64,000 bases of DNA. It comes from an uncultured Alphaproteobacteria bacterium (GTDB lineage: Bacteria > Pseudomonadota > Alphaproteobacteria > RF32 > CAG-239). The stretch lies in assembly GCA_934254585.1 (NCBI GenBank), contig CAKQLF010000006.1, positions 2,839 through 66,838 of the forward strand. Direction: 5' to 3'. Shown here piece after piece: positions 60,149-64,000 of the stretch. The translations under genes were made by a program, and so were the position numbers. How positions within the stretch are numbered: position 1 is the stretch's first letter; every line of letters begins with the position of its first letter. The notes under the pieces were generated by a model that ran no database searches, had not been told where the DNA came from, and was given only the letters and a program-made list of their open reading frames with translations.

Positions 60149-61801
60149 ATGTCTGATATAAACGTTAATCCGAAATCTAAGTTCATATTTATCACCGGCG
60201 GTGTGGTTTCTTCATTGGGCAAAGGCTTGGCCTCTGCCTCTTTAGCGGCAATTTTGCAAGCTCGCGGCTACAAAGTAAGAATGCGTAAACTTGATCCGTA
60301 TTTGAACGTTGACCCCGGGACGATGAATCCTTGTCAACACGGAGAAGTTTTTGTAACAGATGACGGTACGGAAGCAGATTTGGATTTGGGACACTACGAA
60401 CGTTTTTCAGGTGTTCCGGCTAAACGCAGCGACAGTATAACTACCGGAAAAATTTATCAACGAGTTATCGAAAAAGAACGCCGTGGTTTTTATTTGGGCT
60501 CCACCATTCAGGTTATTCCGCACGTTACAAATGAAATTAAAGAATTTATTTTATCCGATATTACCGACGAAGATTTTGTACTTTGTGAAATTGGCGGCAC
60601 TGTCGGAGATATTGAAGGACAGCCTTATCTTGAAACAATTCGCCAAGTTGCCTATGAACTGGGGCGTGAGCACACAATGTTTATACACGTTACACTGCTT
60701 CCGTTTATTCCGACCGCCGGCGAATTAAAAACCAAACCGACACAACATTCGGTTAAACAGTTGCAAGAATACGGGATTCAGCCGGATATGATTTTGTGTC
60801 GTACGCAAATGGCAATTCCGGAAAATGAAAAACGTAAATTAGCTTTGTTCTGCAACATTAAAGAAGAAAACGTTATTACCGCAATGGACGCTTCCAGCAT
60901 ATATCAAGTTCCACTCGCTTATTCAGCCGAAGGTATTGATAAACAAGTCTGCAAACATTTCGGCCTACCATACGAAAAACCGACAGATTTAAGCAAGTGG
61001 CAACACATTGTCGATATTTTAAAATCACCTGAAGGTGAAGTGCGTATTGCCGTGGTCGGTAAATATATGATGCTGCTTGAAGCTTATAAATCATTACACG
61101 AAGCCTTAATTCACGGCGGTATTGCTAACAAATATAAAGTAAAAATCAAGTGGGTAGATGCTGAAGAGTTGGAAAAAAAGAATCCATCTGAAGTTCTAAA
61201 CGACGTGAGCGCGGTTTTGGTTCCCGGCGGCTTTGGTTTGCGCGGCACACAAGGAATGATTAATGCCATTCAATATGCTCGTGAAAATAATTTGCCGTTC
61301 TTGGGAATTTGTTTTGGTATGCAGATGTCCGTTATCGAAACTATGCGCAATTTGTGCGGTATCAAAAATGCCAACACCACCGAATTAGACGAACACTGCG
61401 AACCGGTTATCGGTTTGATGACCGAATGGGATAAAGACGGAGCAAAACAAGTTCGCCATAAAGACGGAGATTTAGGCGGAACAATGCGCTTGGGAGCATA
61501 CGATTGCGTTTTAGCTCCAAATTCCAAAGTAGCTGAAATTTATGGTGAAACTAAAATATCTGAGCGGCACCGCCATCGTTATGAAGTAAACATAAAATAT
61601 AAAGATATGTTGCAAAAAGCCGGAATGATGGTTGTGGGCACCTCACCTGATGGTCATCTGCCGGAAATTGTGGAACGCACAGACCACCCGTGGTTTATCG
61701 GCGTGCAATTCCATCCGGAACTAAAATCTCGTCCGTTTGCCCCTCACCCGCTGTTTGTTTCATTTGTTAAAGCGGCCATTGATAATTCACGTTTAGTTTA
61801 G
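60149..61801 (+). CDS. pyrG: CTP synthase
   Basis: 550 aa. N-terminal synthase domain ([16 protein letters not shown]) and a C-terminal GATase (GICFGMQ). Confidence 0.97.
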   Translation: MSDINVNPKSKFIFITGGVVSSLGKGLASASLAAILQARGYKVRMRKLDPYLNVDPGTMNPCQHGEVFVTDDGTEADLDLGHYERFSGVPAKRSDSITTGKIYQRVIEKERRGFYLGSTIQVIPHVTNEIKEFILSDITDEDFVLCEIGGTVGDIEGQPYLETIRQVAYELGREHTMFIHVTLLPFIPTAGELKTKPTQHSVKQLQEYGIQPDMILCRTQMAIPENEKRKLALFCNIKEENVITAMDASSIYQVPLAYSAEGIDKQVCKHFGLPYEKPTDLSKWQHIVDILKSPEGEVRIAVVGKYMMLLEAYKSLHEALIHGGIANKYKVKIKWVDAEELEKKNPSEVLNDVSAVLVPGGFGLRGTQGMINAIQYARENNLPFLGICFGMQMSVIETMRNLCGIKNANTTELDEHCEPVIGLMTEWDKDGAKQVRHKDGDLGGTMRLGAYDCVLAPNSKVAEIYGETKISERHRHRYEVNIKYKDMLQKAGMMVVGTSPDGHLPEIVERTDHPWFIGVQFHPELKSRPFAPHPLFVSFVKAAIDNSRLV

Positions 61802-61810
61802 GAGACTTTT

Positions 61811-63109
61811 ATGAAAATAGCAATTATTGGAACAGGTTATGTAGGACTTCCATCAGGAGTTGGTTTTGCTGAAATGGGTAATCAAGTTGTTTGCATTGAC
61901 AACAACGCCGAAAAAATCAAAAAATTGCAAAATGGTGAACTAACCTTGTTTGAAAATGGGCTAACGGAATTATATCAAAAAAACACAGCGGCCGGACGTC
62001 TTAAATTTACGACATCTATGAAAGAAGGCATAAACAACGCCGATATGGTGATTGTAGCGGTAGGAACTCCGCCGCATCCCCTAACCAAAGAGGCCGATTT
62101 GCAATATATTGAAGCGGCGGTAAAAGAACTTGCACAATATCTGAACAAATATACCGTTGTGGCCATAAAATCAACAGTTCCCGTCGGTACCGGCGATATT
62201 ATTGAAAACACAATAAAACAAGCCAACCCCAACGCCGATGTCGATGTTATTTCTTTGCCGGAATTTTTGCGTGAAGGTTTTGCCATACACGACTTTTTTC
62301 ATCCGGATAGAATCATTGTCGGCACAAATTCCGAACGGGCAAAACAATTAATCAGCAATTTATACGCCCCGTTTAATGAAAGCAAATTGTTGTTTGTCAG
62401 CCGCCGTTCCAGTGAATCTGTAAAATACGCGTCAAACGCTTTTTTAGCTATTAAAATTAATTATATCAACGAAATGGCTAACTTTTGCGAAAAAACCGGT
62501 GCTAATATTGATGAAGTTGCCGCCGGTATGGGATTGGACAGCCGAATCGGTGCAAAATTTTTGAAAGCCGGTCCGGGGTATGGCGGCAGCTGTTTTCCGA
62601 AAGACACCAACGCAATGGCCTGTATGGCTCGCAAATATGGTATTTCTATGCCCTTGATTGAAACAACTATCGCCGAAAACGAAGAACGCTATAAATTAAT
62701 GGCTCAACGCATTTTGAAAGCCGCCGGCAAAAAAGACGCTAAAATCGGCGTTTTAGGGTTGGCTTTTAAAGACGGTACCGACGATTGTCGCACCAGTCCG
62801 GCCATTCATATTATAGAAGCTCTATTGCAAAATCCGGTTGTTATTACCGCTTTTGATCCGAAGGCAACTGCTTCAGCTAAACAGCTTTTAGAAGACAAAA
62901 TCATCTATGCCGATAACGCGTACGATGCGGTGAAAAATGCCGATGTTATTGCCGTGTTGACAGAATGGAAAGAGTTTTGCCGATTGGATATGGACAAGCT
63001 TGCCAATCTGGTTAACCAAAAAGTTATTATGGATTGCCGCAACCTGTTAGACCCTGTTACGGCGAAAAATGCCGGCTTTATTTATTATGGTATCGGGCAA
63101 AAAAATTAA
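61811..63109 (+). CDS. ugd: UDP-glucose 6-dehydrogenase
   Basis: 432 aa. MKIAIIGTGYVGL Rossmann motif and catalytic Cys in GGSCFPKD. Confidence 0.9.
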   Translation: MKIAIIGTGYVGLPSGVGFAEMGNQVVCIDNNAEKIKKLQNGELTLFENGLTELYQKNTAAGRLKFTTSMKEGINNADMVIVAVGTPPHPLTKEADLQYIEAAVKELAQYLNKYTVVAIKSTVPVGTGDIIENTIKQANPNADVDVISLPEFLREGFAIHDFFHPDRIIVGTNSERAKQLISNLYAPFNESKLLFVSRRSSESVKYASNAFLAIKINYINEMANFCEKTGANIDEVAAGMGLDSRIGAKFLKAGPGYGGSCFPKDTNAMACMARKYGISMPLIETTIAENEERYKLMAQRILKAAGKKDAKIGVLGLAFKDGTDDCRTSPAIHIIEALLQNPVVITAFDPKATASAKQLLEDKIIYADNAYDAVKNADVIAVLTEWKEFCRLDMDKLANLVNQKVIMDCRNLLDPVTAKNAGFIYYGIGQKN

Positions 63110-63116
63110 GATTGAG

Positions 63117-63151
63117 CGTAAAAGGCGGAAGTAAAATAACTTCCGCTTTTT
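63117..63151. terminator. Bidirectional terminator: GCGGAAG-taaaataa-CTTCCGC plus T5
   Basis: Lies between the convergent ugd and pilin copy 4. Confidence 0.6.
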
Positions 63152-63749
63152 ATCTGAAGAAAAGTCCCATACAAACGGTGCCATCTTGTTGAGCTCTATT
63201 GCAGTATTTGTTGGCCATATCAAAACTTATGATATTATTTCCGCCTTCAGCACAAACAAAATAAGCACCCTTTATTTCTATTTTTCCGGAACAACCTTGT
63301 CCGGTTTGCTTTATTCCTGCAGCTCCATTCAAAAAATTATGAGCGAGAACAATAGATATGCCGTACAAACCATTAGCATTGCCACCCCACTGTTGGGTGG
63401 TTAAAGCCAAGCATTGTCTTGCAGTCAGTCCGCAAATGCGTAAACCGAATAAGGCTCCATCTTCAGAAGCTCTTAATCGTACATCGGTATTTTTCCCCAA
63501 TGGCAAATTCCAATTGTTTTCCGGATACACACCGGCTTGTAATGCGGTTGAATCAGACAAACCTTCATACGATTTTTGCTGCATATAAAGCGTTTGCACA
63601 TTAGTGGCTATTTGTGTCAGATAATCAATAGTTTTATCTATTTTCCACTTTTCCATCGCTTTTGAATAGCCGGAGATTCCGCCGACGGAGAGAACAGCGA
63701 TTATGGCGAGAACGCCGAGCATTTCTATCATACTTCTCCCATACTGCAC
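63150..63749 (-). CDS. Type IV pilin-like protein, copy 4. GTG start at 63749 giving leader MQYG; the frame stays open upstream to beyond the window end
   Basis: QYGRSMIEMLGVLAIIAVLSVGGISGYSKAM. The alpha1 extension is shared with copy 3. C-terminal Cys residues are present. Its 5' cassette would lie beyond position 64000. Confidence 0.65.
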   Translation of the reverse strand: MQYGRSMIEMLGVLAIIAVLSVGGISGYSKAMEKWKIDKTIDYLTQIATNVQTLYMQQKSYEGLSDSTALQAGVYPENNWNLPLGKNTDVRLRASEDGALFGLRICGLTARQCLALTTQQWGGNANGLYGISIVLAHNFLNGAAGIKQTGQGCSGKIEIKGAYFVCAEGGNNIISFDMANKYCNRAQQDGTVCMGLFFR

Positions 63750-63774
63750 GCCATCTGCTAGGAATTTTCTCGCT

Positions 63775-63908
63775 CGTGTACTTTTTTTGTACACGTCGCT
63801 TAAAAATCCCGTCGCATCTGACGCACATTGCGGAAGAAGATTTCTAATATGTTTTGTCTGTTTGGTTACTGCTCGCGCTTTTCTCACTCGTGTACTACTC
63901 TGTACACG
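63775..63908 (-). promoter_or_regulatory. Two copies of the inverted repeat CGTGTAC-N6/7-GTACACG upstream of pilin copy 4
   Basis: 63775..63795 has an A7 spacer and 63889..63908 has spacer agagta. It is the same operator-like inverted repeat as at 33830..33849. Confidence 0.5.
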
Positions 63909-64000
63909 TCGTTCTAAAAGTGCGGCGTATTGACGCACGACATCCAATCCCTTGAATGTGATTGTATTTTTCTTTCTATAATCAATCACCCTCTCAACAT

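Overview
The window is a 64-kb stretch of a low-GC bacterial chromosome, probably an alphaproteobacterium by gene order: F1 ATP synthase genes atpHAGDC form their own operon, FtsZ has a long acidic C-terminal linker, and the division cluster is compact. Most of it is dense housekeeping sequence on both strands. Readable genes include rpmI-rplT-pheS-pheT, mraY-ftsW-murB-ftsQ-ftsA-ftsZ, atpHAGDC, clpB, scoAB, mnmA, ssb, aas, fadL, lolCDE, ftsB, fmt, ppiD, tpiA, secG, pyrG, ugd, galE, uxs and one tRNA-Arg(ACG). Between them sit lineage-specific genes: large N/K-rich hypothetical proteins, a patatin-like phospholipase, a MORN-repeat lipoprotein, LemA with two paralogous membrane proteins, and tandem C26 amidotransferase paralogs. 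This set is compatible with a host-associated lifestyle, but that is inference. The most notable content is a dispersed family of four paralogous type IV pilin-like genes. Each is monocistronic. The three copies whose upstream region lies in the window carry a conserved 5' cassette: a TTGATT-17-TATAAT promoter, a GAGGAAAG ribosome-binding site plus ATG, a (CT)7-8 dinucleotide tract, and a hairpin followed by a T-run. In all three copies the pilin reading frame stays open back to a few nucleotides after that ATG. The ATG itself is out of frame with the present tract lengths. It would come into frame in every copy if the tract had 6 or 9 units. I read this as a slipped-strand phase-variable surface protein family, possibly coupled to attenuation, with no pilus assembly genes in the window. 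No CRISPR array, transposase or rRNA was found.
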